Below, in pieces: positions 1-12,730 of a DNA stretch of 64,000 nt (within the stretch, counting starts at the first letter, position 1; each line of letters starts with the position of its first letter). The translations under genes and the position numbers were made by a program. The DNA lies in assembly GCF_009914755.1 (NCBI RefSeq), contig NC_060936.1, one strand, 5' to 3'. The notes beneath the pieces were generated by a model. That model did no database searches. It was not told where the DNA came from and was given only the letters and a program-made list of their open reading frames with translations. The DNA is from the human T2T-CHM13v2.0 reference genome, Homo sapiens.

Positions 1-1284
1 ATAAGAAATCCTAAATGACAAACTGATTTGGCACAAAGAAGTCTTTTGGATATACTGCTGTTCTCCGTTCAACCTGTCAATGTATGTAAAGGGATTTAGT
101 CTGGAATGGATTTTCTTTGTAGCCAGAATTCAACTTTTTTTAAAGGTCAAGTGACAGTTCATCCAGAAAAAGAATGTGATCACTTACCCCAGTACAAATT
201 TAACTATGAAAATTACTCTCTTTCCCTGTTGGCCTGAAGAATAATTTTAGTGTGTTTTTAAAAATAATTTCAGTCAATCAAATATTTGACCATCTTTTCC
301 CAAAGGATCACCCGTACATCACTAAATTTCGGGGCATACATTTCAGGTTTAAGATTCAGAATAGATTTTAGAGGGCATCAGCTGTACTTCCTTTTAGAGG
401 AAGTGTCAGGCATGGAGGTGTTATCACTTGTGTCAAAACACAAACAAGAAAAGTACTAATTGCAAGAAACAGTTATTTTGAGACAGTACAACTTCTGAAT
501 CATTGTGCATTTTCAAGAAACACTCTTCAATAAAGAATGCTGTTAGTATCTTCCATAGGCCTCAGGTTCTCCTATTATTGATATCAATAAGTTACTGTGA
601 CTAGAAAGTGATATTTTAGGAGGCCCAACATGTGGTGAGCACTCAGGTCTGTGAATAATTTGCAAGTCCGTATCTAAATGTGCAGAGGGAAGTCTGCACT
701 TGCTATGCCTGAACTGAAGACAGGAGCAAACAAAGGGTGTGCAGTCAAGAAATGACGAGACTCAAAAATTTCTAGATAAAAGACCAATAGGTTCTAGAAA
801 ATGTATATAAATTAGAAGCATAGGCCAAGCTACAGATTTCCAACTTTTAATGCAGACTAATTAACCAGGCGGGTGCAACTCTGGTTGAATGACTAAATCC
901 AGATGGAAATGCCTGGATTTTCATTCTTAGGTTTTAAGTTTCTCCTTAGCGATTGTTGTTGTGGTCTAATTGGTATACGAGTAGAGTCTCTGGCTCCCAT
1001 CTCTTGCATTTGCATGCCATCACATGCCTCCCTGCCTTATCTCCCCACATACTTTGTCTTGATTTTCATGATTCAACAAAAATGCTTCCTTTCTATATCC
1101 ATCCTTCTCTTGCCCTGGAGGCATTATCTACCACTTTCATACATAGGCCCCATAGTACTAAGCAATTTTCTCTATAGTATCTTTTATGTTTCATTGAATT
1201 TGTTGGTTCACAAGTTGTGACCCCTGACTCCATGGGCTTGACAGCAGAGACTTTGTACGCTCTGTGTCTGAGTTGATTAGGGGG

Positions 1285-2030
1285 TCAGTCATCTGATTTG
1301 TATAGACCTACTATATGCCAAGTTTTGCAGCAAGCAAAGAATAAAGCCAACTGAATCTCTGACCTCAAAGACCATACATTCCAGTGAGGAAGGAAGATTT
1401 GTATAAACACATATACACATACATAAACAAAATAAGTTGAGCCATTGATATGTGTTCTACAGGAGGTAAAATAGACTAAGGCAGTAAAGTAGGCAATGCT
1501 TATAGTGTTCTGGGAACATAGATGTCTATAACGAGGCAACATTTGAGTAGAAACATGTACGTTGAAAAGTGGCAGGGAGTAGGGGTATGGTGGGAATGTT
1601 TTAAGCAGAAACATAGTATAAAATTCCTATTAAAGGAGTGGAATTAAATGTTTGAGCAACTGATAAAAGCCAAGAAGGGCCAGTGTGACTGGAGTGAATT
1701 GAAGGACACGGGAGTTGGTGGTGGAGGAAGATGAAATTGGAGACGTAGACAAGAGAAAAGCAAGAACATGTTGGGCTTTGGGAGCTGAAGAGGAGTTTAT
1801 TCTAAACATAGTAAGAAGCCATCAGAGGGTTTAAGCACAAGAACATAAAATAATTTGTACATTATAAAGGCATTTCTGGCTGTTGAGGATAGCACGGACT
1901 TGAGTCAGGCCAGAGTTGTGATCTAAGGATACAAGTTAGAAGGTTGTTTCAATTTTCAAGCAGAAGATAATGGTTGCTTTGTCCTGAGCTGTGGCAGCAG
2001 AAATGGTGAGAGGTTATTGGAATAGGGATT
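1285..2030 (-). mobile_element. L2 LINE 3' fragment (degraded)
   Basis: L2-type reverse-strand motifs (gacctactatatgccaag, ggccagtgtgactggagtg, aagccatcagagggtttaagc). Boundaries approximate. Confidence 0.6.
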
Positions 2031-2328
2031 CAGGCACACAGCATACATTCAATAAATCATAACTGAATGAATGAATGCATGGCAAATTAACTTCTTACCA
2101 GCTATGTGTTTTTTGGCTATGTACTTAATCTCTTTGAGACTTAATTTTCCCATATTTGAAGATGATTATAAATTGATCTCAATTTATAAGAACTAAATAA
2201 GATAATACTTACAAAAGCACCTAGCAGCCAATATGTATTCAATAGATAACTAATTTCCGTTCTCCAATTTTTTCTTATTTTCCCAAAGCAATTCATTGTG
2301 TGTGCTACCATCAGATTAACCTCCTTAA

Positions 2329-2392
2329 AGTAAACATTTATTAGCTTACTATATAACTCAGTAAACATATTTATTAGCTTACTATATAACTC
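2329..2392. repeat. Tandem duplication of ~32-bp unit (agtaaac[at]atttattagcttactatataactc) x2
   Basis: Units 2329-2359 and 2360-2392 are identical apart from a 2-bp indel. Confidence 0.9.
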
Positions 2393-3234
2393 CAATTTCT
2401 ATAATGGCTTTTAATTTACTATTGGAAGAATGGCCTTTAAGGTCATTCTTGATCTGCCCCTAAATTGCATTTCCAGATTTACCTACTGTATCTATTCTCT
2501 CTAGCTACAATGGATACTCACCATTCTTTGCACTTTACCTCTTCTGTTCTACTGACTTTCTCTCCATTTGGAATGGCCTTTCCTCAATTCATACCATTCA
2601 AATTTTCTCTATCCCTTGAGTGATGCCACTCATATCATGTGCAAGACTCTGGTAGGCCGTTCACCGTATGTACACAGCCTTATTTCCGCTACACTATAAT
2701 CTCCTGCAGGCATGAGCCATGTCTCAACTATTTAAAATTACTTATTAGACAATCCTTTCCATAAATAGCTATCCTATTGGCAACTATATTGGAATGGTAA
2801 AACTTGAATTTGTTAGTGTTTATATTTGCAATTCTGAAAAATGAAATTCATTAGTTACTCAAAAAAGTCACAGACCATAGGGAACAGTATGTCTCCTCCT
2901 CATTCTTCCTACTGTGGATGGTTTATCTCTGTCAGTGAAAAGAGACTTTATTCACAGACCTCTCACTTTAGCATGCTATTCTGGGATGCCAATTTGTGGT
3001 ATGACTGTCCAAATACCATACAGCACTGTCCCCTCTGTCACTCATGATGGCCATTTCATTCACCTTCTATTTGATGCCTGTCATTTTCCCCTTCATACTT
3101 TCTAATGTATCTTCCTTTACTTTCTATTGTCACTGCTACCACAGTTTTTTTCTCAGCCTTTAATTGGTCCTTCTCTCCAGGCTTCTTACACTGACATTAA
3201 AGAAAAAAAAAATCTGCCTGGAAGATAAACTTTA

Positions 3235-3475
3235 TGGCAGAGTGGGTGAGAAAGTGGCTCCCAAAATCAAATTGCTTGAGCTTGATTCCTTTGCCTGTCC
3301 TTTTGGGCTGCGCATCCATAACAAGTCACTGTATTTTGCTGTGATTCAGTTTCCTCATGTGGAACATGAAGCTGATAACCCATCTAATAGGGTTTTTACA
3401 AAGGTTTTGTAAGAAAATATGTGTAATATGATTACAAAAGTAACTCACACAAAAGGCAATGGTCAATAAATGTGA
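3235..3475 (+). mobile_element. MIR SINE
   Basis: MIR core-like acaagtcacttg...cagtttcctcatgtggaacatg and 3' ggtcaataaatgtgagct. Confidence 0.65.
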
Positions 3476-3489
3476 GCTTCTTTCTTACT

Positions 3490-3820
3490 GTTTTTTGTTT
3501 GTTTGTTTGTTTGTTTCGTTGTTTTTTTTTTTTTTTTTTGGCAGAGTTTTACTCTGTCTTCCAGGCTGCAGTGCAGGGGCCTGATCTCGGCTCACTGCAA
3601 CCTCTGCCTTCCAGGTTCAAGCGATTGTCCTGCTTCAGCCTCCTGAGTAGCTGTGATTATAGGCACGTGCCACCATGCCTGGCTAAATTTTTGTATTTTT
3701 AGTAGAGATGGGGTTTCACCATGTTAGCCAGGGTGGTCTCGAACTCCTGGCCTCAAGTGATCTGCTCACGTCAGCTTCCCAAAGTGCTGGCATTACTGAC
3801 ATGAGCCACTGTGCCTGGCC
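3490..3820 (-). mobile_element. Alu (AluS-type)
   Basis: Poly-T/(TTTG)n tail followed by reverse Alu body ending ...gtgcctggcc. Confidence 0.95.
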
Positions 3821-5184
3821 AGGTTTTACTTTAAATAATCATAGCACTGTCCTCTAAAGCCCCTTCAGTCTTTCCTCAAATGTCTAAAAGATTATTTTTA
3901 ATCTTCATTACAAAGAGATTCCTGGTTTAATCTTGATTTAATTATCTAATTACCTTTCCTTCTAACCAGAATTGAAAAGTACTTTCACAGTTTGTGCATT
4001 ACCAATTCCACCTTTGCAAATACCACTTCCCAGAGCTGGTAAGTTGATCGCTACTTTTTCAACTATCAACAACCTTGTGTTTACTTAACTCCTGGCTTCC
4101 CTTTTATATGAAATATTTTGTGATCAGCCCAATCTACAATTATCCTCTTCTCCTTTAAAATCTGGAAGCCTGTAGTGTCAATCTCACTCATAGAGATCAC
4201 TGGTTACCACCATGTGCCCGCAGCCTCATCTCCAACCCAAGACAGTAAAATCCTGGAAATAAGAGTTTGTTCTTCAACCGTATCATGCATCTTTCTCTGG
4301 ATGTTCTAGTCAAGAACATCTTTTGAATGACTGCTAAATTGTAATCCAAAAAACTCACAATGTTGACAATCACCTAGGATCCTTGATTATAGGGCATTTT
4401 TAAAGTATTCTATATTTTTATAACTTCCAACTGTTCATTGCATCTCAAAAAGAAATAAGAATTCTGCATCACAGTTACCCAGGTTGGCTGCAGAAAAGAT
4501 TACAATGTTATATCTAACATTCAGAAAGACATTTTCTAGACTAACTGAATACTGCCAAAGCTTTTGTTTAAGCCCTCATCAATTGATGATGATGGTGATG
4601 GGCTCCTAGAATCTCTATCTCTCATTTGGTAACTTGTCCCTTCCAACCTCCACTGAGACCTTCCTAAACACAAATCTTTTTGTAAGACTCCCCTGCTTAA
4701 AAGCCTCCCTGACTGTCCTCAAAATAAAGGCCAAATATCTTACACAAAGACGCTTCACAATCTGGCTGTCTCCCTGGCTTTTTCTGCTCAACTAACACAA
4801 ATATTTGCTATTACCCAAATACCTCATTCGATTTTACCCCTCCATGTCTTGCTATATGCCCTTTTCTTCTGCCAAGAGCATCCTTCTTCACATCACCATC
4901 ATAACAACTTTAACTTATCCTTCAGACAGAACTCATGCTTTATTTTTTCTATTAAGATTCTAAGTCCTCTCCCAGGCAGAATTAACTCTCTCTTCTATGC
5001 AAATACCATAACTTGTATCTATTATACTTGTACTTATTATACTTTCACTTAAAATTTAAAATGTAATCTAAATATAATTAAATAAATTGCATTACAATTT
5101 AATACAGTAAGTGCTATAATTGAGATACATCTAATGCGCTCTCCTGTTCATCTGAACCAGTTCATATTCTTATAAGATGAAATA

Positions 5185-5560
5185 TAGTGGTTTGAAAGAG
5201 CAAAGGTTCTGGATGCAGACAAATTAGGCTTTGGATCACACAAAACAGTAACTAATGTGCATTTATCACTTACTACCTATGAAGCACTATCCTAAGTGTT
5301 TTTATGTGTATTAATTCATTTAATTTTCATAATAATCCAATAAGATACATATTGACACACATTTGCAGATGAGAACACCGAAGAACAGAGGCCAGTTGGA
5401 GTCATGGAACCGTCGAGGTGCAGAATCAGAATTTGAACCCCAATAACCTGTCCACAGAGTCAGCTCTCTTAACCTCCATGCCATCTCTTAGCCAATTAAC
5501 ATTTCTGAAATTTTTCATAACTGAAAAATGAGGATAATAGCACCTTCCTTATTGTAAGTG
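5185..5560. mobile_element. MIR fragments (nested/adjacent)
   Basis: atttgcagatgagaacaccgaag...gaatttgaaccc and flanking MIR-like ends. Confidence 0.6.
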
Positions 5561-8427
5561 TAAAATAAAATAATGGTCCCCTACTTTTCTTTCTTTTCCT
5601 ATGGTTCATTTGTTTTTAGAAGTGGCATACATTTATTTGACTTCCTGGTTAATACATAAGGTCTTTACCTTCTTATTGTCACACATTTCAATCCTCAGCA
5701 TTATAAAAGAACAAACGAACTGTGGCTTTTCTTTTCTTGTTATTCCCTAGTAATATCAGGTTGTACATCTTGGCCAGAGAAAAGTTAGCCTAGTTTAAAT
5801 GAATGAGATAGAAAAGTTGAATTTGTTGCCATTCATTTCATTTCAATTGATTTTGTAATAACCATACAAAATAATTCTCTGGGTGAAAAATTTACCTTCA
5901 GAGCTACTGATTTACTATGGCACATAAGAAGTACTTACTGATAAAACCAGAAGAAATACATATGTGGCTTGATAAGAATGAAGAATAAAATATAAGTCAA
6001 ATAATGTGACAATGCAATATACTTAATTTTGCATCACAGAAAATAAATCTTCCTTACATAATAGTAGCAGGAAATGTACACAGACTTCACACTATTATTA
6101 ATTGTAAAATGTATATTGTTTCACTAAAATTCAGCTTTCAAGAGGGTAAATAGGATGTAACCTCCTCAAATTTCAACCAAAGAATGGACTTATTATTCAG
6201 GAATCCATACTTGATTAAGTCTGTAAAAACTAAAACTACATATTTGAGAAGCTAGTTGAAATTCTGGTCAGCAAATGCAAAGTATGGTGCCAACTCAATT
6301 ATTTTTTTTAACATCTGCAAGCTGAACATGTATATCTTAGTTAACATAATTATTCTAAACAGAAATATGTTACAAATTCCAATCAGTTGCTTCAGAAGAT
6401 TGATTACCTAACTATACATATTTAGCTTCATAAAATTAAGAGTTTCAAATTCAACATTAAATTTGACTTGATTTGAAAGCAAAGCATACTGTGATTTTGT
6501 GTATGTGCAAGTGCAAGCGTGTGTGCCTGTGTATCCTATTATTGCATATTTTCACATTTGGTGAAAATGTATGAAAATCCATGACATATTTAAGTAGTGT
6601 TTTATTCAGATTCCAGTAAAACATGCTAGGCTGTTTAGATTTCAAATAATTTCATTACATTGGAACTAAAATTCATTCATATTTAAACCGTTTACCTTCA
6701 AGCTTCTCTGAAATATAGGGCATAGTCTCAGGAAAGAAATGTATTTGGGAATTGAGTTGCGAGTTATGTAATCTCCTTCCTTACTGTATTTTGAATTTAA
6801 ATATTTTCAAAGCCATTAAAAAGGTATAAATACCCCCCTGACACACACACACATACACACAAATATGATTGAATCATACAATTATTTATGCTGTTATTGA
6901 AAATGAGAGGGGCTTATATTCCTCCCCATTAAACAATTTCACTTTTGCAAGACACCATAGTCTGTACTTTCCAGTCACTTCCTAATAGTAATTGGGGACC
7001 TACTGGAGAATATTGTAATTTTTCAGGTTATATGAATACCACTTAGATTAGATTGCTCTAGTGTTTCATCTAATTTTAAGCCCTCTTTTACCCAGTTTGG
7101 AAGTGTATAGTTTGTATGCTTCTGAAGGTACAGACAAGTAGATAATAATATTAGTAAGTACAAAGAATATGTCAGTCACTCAGGGCCATGTAGCAAGTAA
7201 GTGGGGAAGATGGAATTTAAACTCTATCTTCTGATTCCTAATTCAGTGTTGTTTGCTCCTCACATCTTCCTATGTCATCTTCACTATGTTGTACTATCTT
7301 CCCTGATATTATATTATCCAAAGCTTTCTTTTAGTAATTGTACTAGGGAAATGGTGTTAAGGTCCTAAAATGTTTAAGTTCGAGGAGCATGTGTAAGACA
7401 ATAAGAAACCGAATTGTAGAATGAAGTCCATTATATCAGTTTCTTACAGTCCATTAATAAGAATGCATCATTCATTCATTGTTTTTCAATATTTAATTCA
7501 ATAAGGACTCAGGGGAATTAAGTTTTATTTCTTGAAATTATTTTCCTCTGAAAAATTAAAAATCATTAGAAAACAGAAGACAATTTATATGATGACATGA
7601 AAACTGTGTTTTAAAACTCAATGTCTATAATATTTGTTATTTTCAAAAAGAGCTTACAATATTCATTTGGCCAACATGGTTGACGAGTACTCTAAACAAA
7701 ACCTGCCTTGCATTTTTAAGAACACCTTACTAGAGCTTTTCTTAATTCCTCAATATTGTAAAACATCCTAACTGAAGCAAATAATACATCACCAAGTCAT
7801 TTTGGCAATGGCAACTGTAACTTAAAATTATATTAAAAATAATATAAACCTTACTAGTTAATAAAGTAATATTACAAAGTACAAGAATTTGTACTGGCAT
7901 ACAAAATATTTATATAGCCAACTAGTAATATGTTTAATAGTTTCCTGGATAATTGTATCTCATTGCAGTCATTTTATTGATAAAAAATAACACTGCTTTA
8001 AATTTAAAAGCAATACCTTCTTCTCAGTCCAAAGTGTTTTAATGAGCTCACCATGTTACAAATGCAGTAGTCTACACCAATGTAAATATTATGCATATTT
8101 TATTTTACTTTTTTACTTTGAAGTCAAATTTCTGTTAGGAATAGATAAATACTCTAATTTTAGCTCAAAGAAAAGGATTTAAAATTTGAAGCCATTATCT
8201 GAGTAATTCAGGTTTTTAAAGCTTTAGAAATCAACCAGTAGTACAGGAAACAATGGGAACAACACACATTCAACCAAAACCAAGGATTATTCTTGGCTCT
8301 CTATATGTAAAAGCTCTCCAGGGAAGAACAGCATTTAACCCTTTTCAGATATGTGCCGTTCTATTCATTGATGAATAAGTTTGTCTCTTGAACATAACAC
8401 AGGTGGAACATTAAGAAAGGTAGAGGC

Positions 8428-8797
<370 letters not shown>

Positions 8798-9135
8798 TCA
8801 AAGTATGACTTGAGCCTGGCTGCTTGCCACATTGACCCTTTAGGGAATTACTTGAAAACTAGAGGGAAGGAGTCTAGAATGTCTTTTGACATGTGTATAA
8901 TAAAACTGAAGAAATACAAGTGCCCAAAAGCTTACATAATTAATTAAAATGTGAACATTTCTCTGAACCAATGATTCCTTTTACTGTGTGGAAATAAATA
9001 TGCTTCATGATTTTCATTTCAGGTCAGAGGCAGTGCAGCTTGTGTTACAACTCAAAAGAGTAATACTCTGAAAAAAGAAAAAAAAAGATGGCGCTGAAAA
9101 TAAACATGTTCAGCAGCCATTGTGATTCAACTTAC

Positions 9136-9144
9136 CCAGATGTG
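9136..9144 (-). CDS. PPFIA2: Candidate alternative 9-nt microexon of PPFIA2 (CACATCTGG), would change K to NTSG
   Basis: Long pyrimidine tract, then aaaag|CACATCTGG|gtaagt. About 117 nt AG-free upstream. Frame-preserving in a phase-2 intron. Confidence 0.7.
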
Positions 9145-11849
9145 CTTTTCATGAGATGGAGAAGGACGGATGGAAAAGAAAAGCACACAAATGTTAATGG
9201 ATACAGTTCAATCCAAAGAAAACCATGGAATAAAACAAGAGCATTATTTAAGATGTGAGAAAGCTCAGGTATGAGAAAGACATGGTGCCATTTTGTATTT
9301 CATCATGACACACATACTCACTGCGTCGAAAAGCATAGTCAGGCTGAGGGTAGTTCTAATAGTTGACCAATAAGTCTATGTCTTGAGTATGAGCCACTCT
9401 GAAACATGCATGACCACATTTTCCCAGCCTCGAGTACATCCCAGGAGGAAATCAAGAAATCTTGGTAAAGGACATTCTTTACCTCAGGCCACTTCCATGC
9501 TATTTTACCAGTAGAAACAATAACTTATTAATTGGCACTTAGATTTTTATATAGCTTTATAAGCCTACTGCTAAGGCCCAAGAAAAAAGAACAGCAGACA
9601 TTAGAATGGGCAGCAACTTGAAGTGAAGAATGTCCTTCCTAGTTTGAGGATCTGAAAATCTAGATTCTATTTCTCATACACAGTTTGGTCAAAATTATTA
9701 GCAGATTCTGATCTTCAATTTCCTCAACACAATCCCTCGCAATAGAAATGTGTAAAGTCCATTCCAGATCCATAATGTTATTATTCCAACCAATGCTGTA
9801 ATAATAATTACTATTTTGGTAAACATATATGGCTAGTAATCAGAACATAAGAAAGTGTAAAAATGTTCTATTCCTCTTCTTCGGTGGCCATATTACTTCC
9901 TTCTCTATTTGACTGGCAAAATAAACATCAAGTTTGTGTCTATTGTGGCTCTTTCAGTGGTAGAAATATTTAATTATTTGAATAGGTGTTTATAAATGTT
10001 GTTTTTGGGGAAACATCCATAAATTATATTGGTTCACCAATATTACCAGAAATCATCACTAAAACGACATTGATACACATATAGCTTTTGAAGAACCCAC
10101 TTGCTCCCTGGATGTAGTAGAGGCATTGAGAAAATATGGAAGTTAAATAATTCAACAAAAATTCATGAGAGTATTGTTTTAAAAATATAGTACAAGCATA
10201 ATAGCCTAATTATTAAAAAATAAAATTGTTACTACAACTCATAAAACATGTTCAATATAACAAAATAGAAAGCAGAAATTCCTATGTCAGAAATTAGGCA
10301 AGTTAGAGCATCTTCTTTTTTATCGCACAATTATTATAAAGAAAAGATTGATGTGCAATGGAACACCCTGCACATGCCTCCTCTCAAGGCATTCATTCAG
10401 AGAAACCGTGTACTTTTTATTAAATCGGCACTTTGAAAAAAATGCATATTTTTGGCCTTAACTCCACAGCATCTGTGGGAAACTCCTTAGATTTTCACAT
10501 AAACAAAAGCAGAAATGTTCATAAACACTGGCACTACACTGTCCCAAGAAATTTATCATATTTTTCACATCATACACCCCACAGAAATGAAATTAAGACC
10601 AAAAGGAGATAGTTTTTAGATTTTAAAATGGTTTTCTTGTCAACATACCTGTGAACTCTACGATGAGCTCTGAAAAAATAGGCAATTTCTGAGCTTTCCA
10701 GGAAAATTGCCAAAAGCATTTGGGACTAGTTATCACCATGGACAACATAATCTTTCTGAGCCTACTAGCTATCTAGGAATCACTTCCCTATAAAACAAGT
10801 TGATTAAATTTGCACGTAGTGAAACCTAATATTTATTAGATGTTCCTTGATCATTTTTTAAAATAGAAAACTTACACAGTATAAATACCTTAAAATATAA
10901 AATATAAGATAAAATATGAAAATAAACAGAAAACACAAATTTAAAAGATACTGCTCAAAAAGCATTGCACAAATTTCTAATATTTTTGTTATCAATTCGT
11001 ATAAATTATCTGATTTCTCATAGTTTTTATGAGCTTTCTTCTCTTCCATAGTAAATAAAGTTAAGAACTATTTCAAGCAGCTATATCACTTTAGAATGTT
11101 AAGAATTTCACCTCATGACTTTCAAACAAATGTGTTCTGCAAAAGACAAAAATCTATAGTTATAAATGACCCATATTTTGTGCTAATATATTATAAACTT
11201 CATATAGGAGGTAATATATATTTGCAGAGAAGTTTTTTCTGATTAATTTTTCTTATTGTAAATATTGATACATTCTTTTCTACACATATTTATTTATAGT
11301 AGCATATAGCCTCATTATTTTTCTCTCCATGTCAGAAGTGTCAAGGCTATGTTAATAGTAAGAAAGATTCTGTCAAGAATAAATATTCTTCAGTGAAAGA
11401 CCATTGTGAGTAATTGGCAAGTAAGTTTTAATTAACATAAAAAAATAGGTTATGTTACCATCTAATGAATGAGATCAGATCCAATTATTGACATTATGTT
11501 TTCCTTGCCAACATCAGCATATATTCAGTCAGGAGAAGAAGAAATGACCAGCAAACATATGTCTTATATTTCAAAATGAGAGCCTTCAACTTTTCAGTTT
11601 CCTCACCTTGATCTTCCAGATCTCCTACAATTGAATGAACCTTCTTCTGTTATAAACTAGTCAATTCTGGATTGAAAACTTCAAATAAGAAACAATTCAT
11701 TAAATGAGTTTTATATTTGGAATATAATTGACTCTTGCTTTGTAAAGTTCAAGTTGGTGATTCAGACATATTTTTAAATTAGTTATTAACATCAAATTGA
11801 GTAGTTAATGGCTGGTAACTGAAATGGAAAAGTAAAATAAATAAATATT

Positions 11850-12730
11850 TTTTTTAATAGGTGAAAGTTGAGAATGTTTAAATGCTGATGGGGGAAAAAA
11901 AAAGACAGGAGCAGAAGTTGAAAGCAAGGGAGAATTCCGCACAAAATGACTAAGAAAATGGAAAGGGATGATCTGAGTAAAAGAATAGCCTAGTTTTCTA
12001 CAATAAGACAGATGGGGCAAGTGTTAGTGTATATTTGGCATCAAGCAATTCAGGGCACTTGGATGGTTTCTCTCTCTGTCTCTCTGTCTCTCTAAGCTAG
12101 AATGTAAACTCATCAGCAGAAGATTCAAGTTTGAGGAGAGTGGAGGTTTCTAACAAGAGTTGCAGAGAGTAGAACAACACTAATGAAAGAAAACTCTTGG
12201 GATTACTAGGTAATGCTGAATTTCACAATGAAACTATTTCTAATTTCTCTGCTGTAATTTTCTCCAACAGCACAGATGTGCCAAAATGTACACATGGAGA
12301 AAGAAAATTCATCATTGGGTGTGGTTGTTATATGTAGATGTGACCAAATGAAAGTGGAGTGAAGAAATTTAACAAATTTTGAGGGTGTTGAAATTATGGA
12401 CGTGATCTAAGCTAAACCAGGAGAGAGGGGAAAACAGAAAGGTGATAATGCACTGGAAAAGGATAGAGGTTAAATAAAGATGATAGAAGAAAAAGTTCAT
12501 AAAGCAAGATCAAAGGTGGGAAGACTGTGATTAGCAAGAAATGAGATGCTTGAATTGGTAAGTTTGAAAGAAGCATGATTTGTGGTGATGACAAGATTCA
12601 GAATAGGACCATGAAGAGTGTCTGACTTGGGGTAATGAACAACAATGGAAGCAATAAAGTTGTAAAATCAAAAGGTTAGTTTTTGAATGGGTGATCTATG
12701 TGGATATCAGAGCATACGAGGGTGACATCA
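11850..12730 (-). mobile_element. Degraded L2 LINE fragments
   Basis: Purine-rich plus strand with L2-like motifs. Boundaries approximate. Confidence 0.4.

Noticed and set aside
188-233. Possible 46-nt minus-strand exon (ttcttcag|GCC...GGG|gtaagt)
   Set aside because: Not 3n, no similarity to the expected next PPFIA2 exon, and compatible with chance splice-site pairs.
903-1614. 100+ aa ORFs at 903-1220 and 1285-1614 (also 31729, 40292, 60695)
   Set aside because: Hydrophobic, T-rich random-like translations, partly over degraded L2, with no splice or family support.
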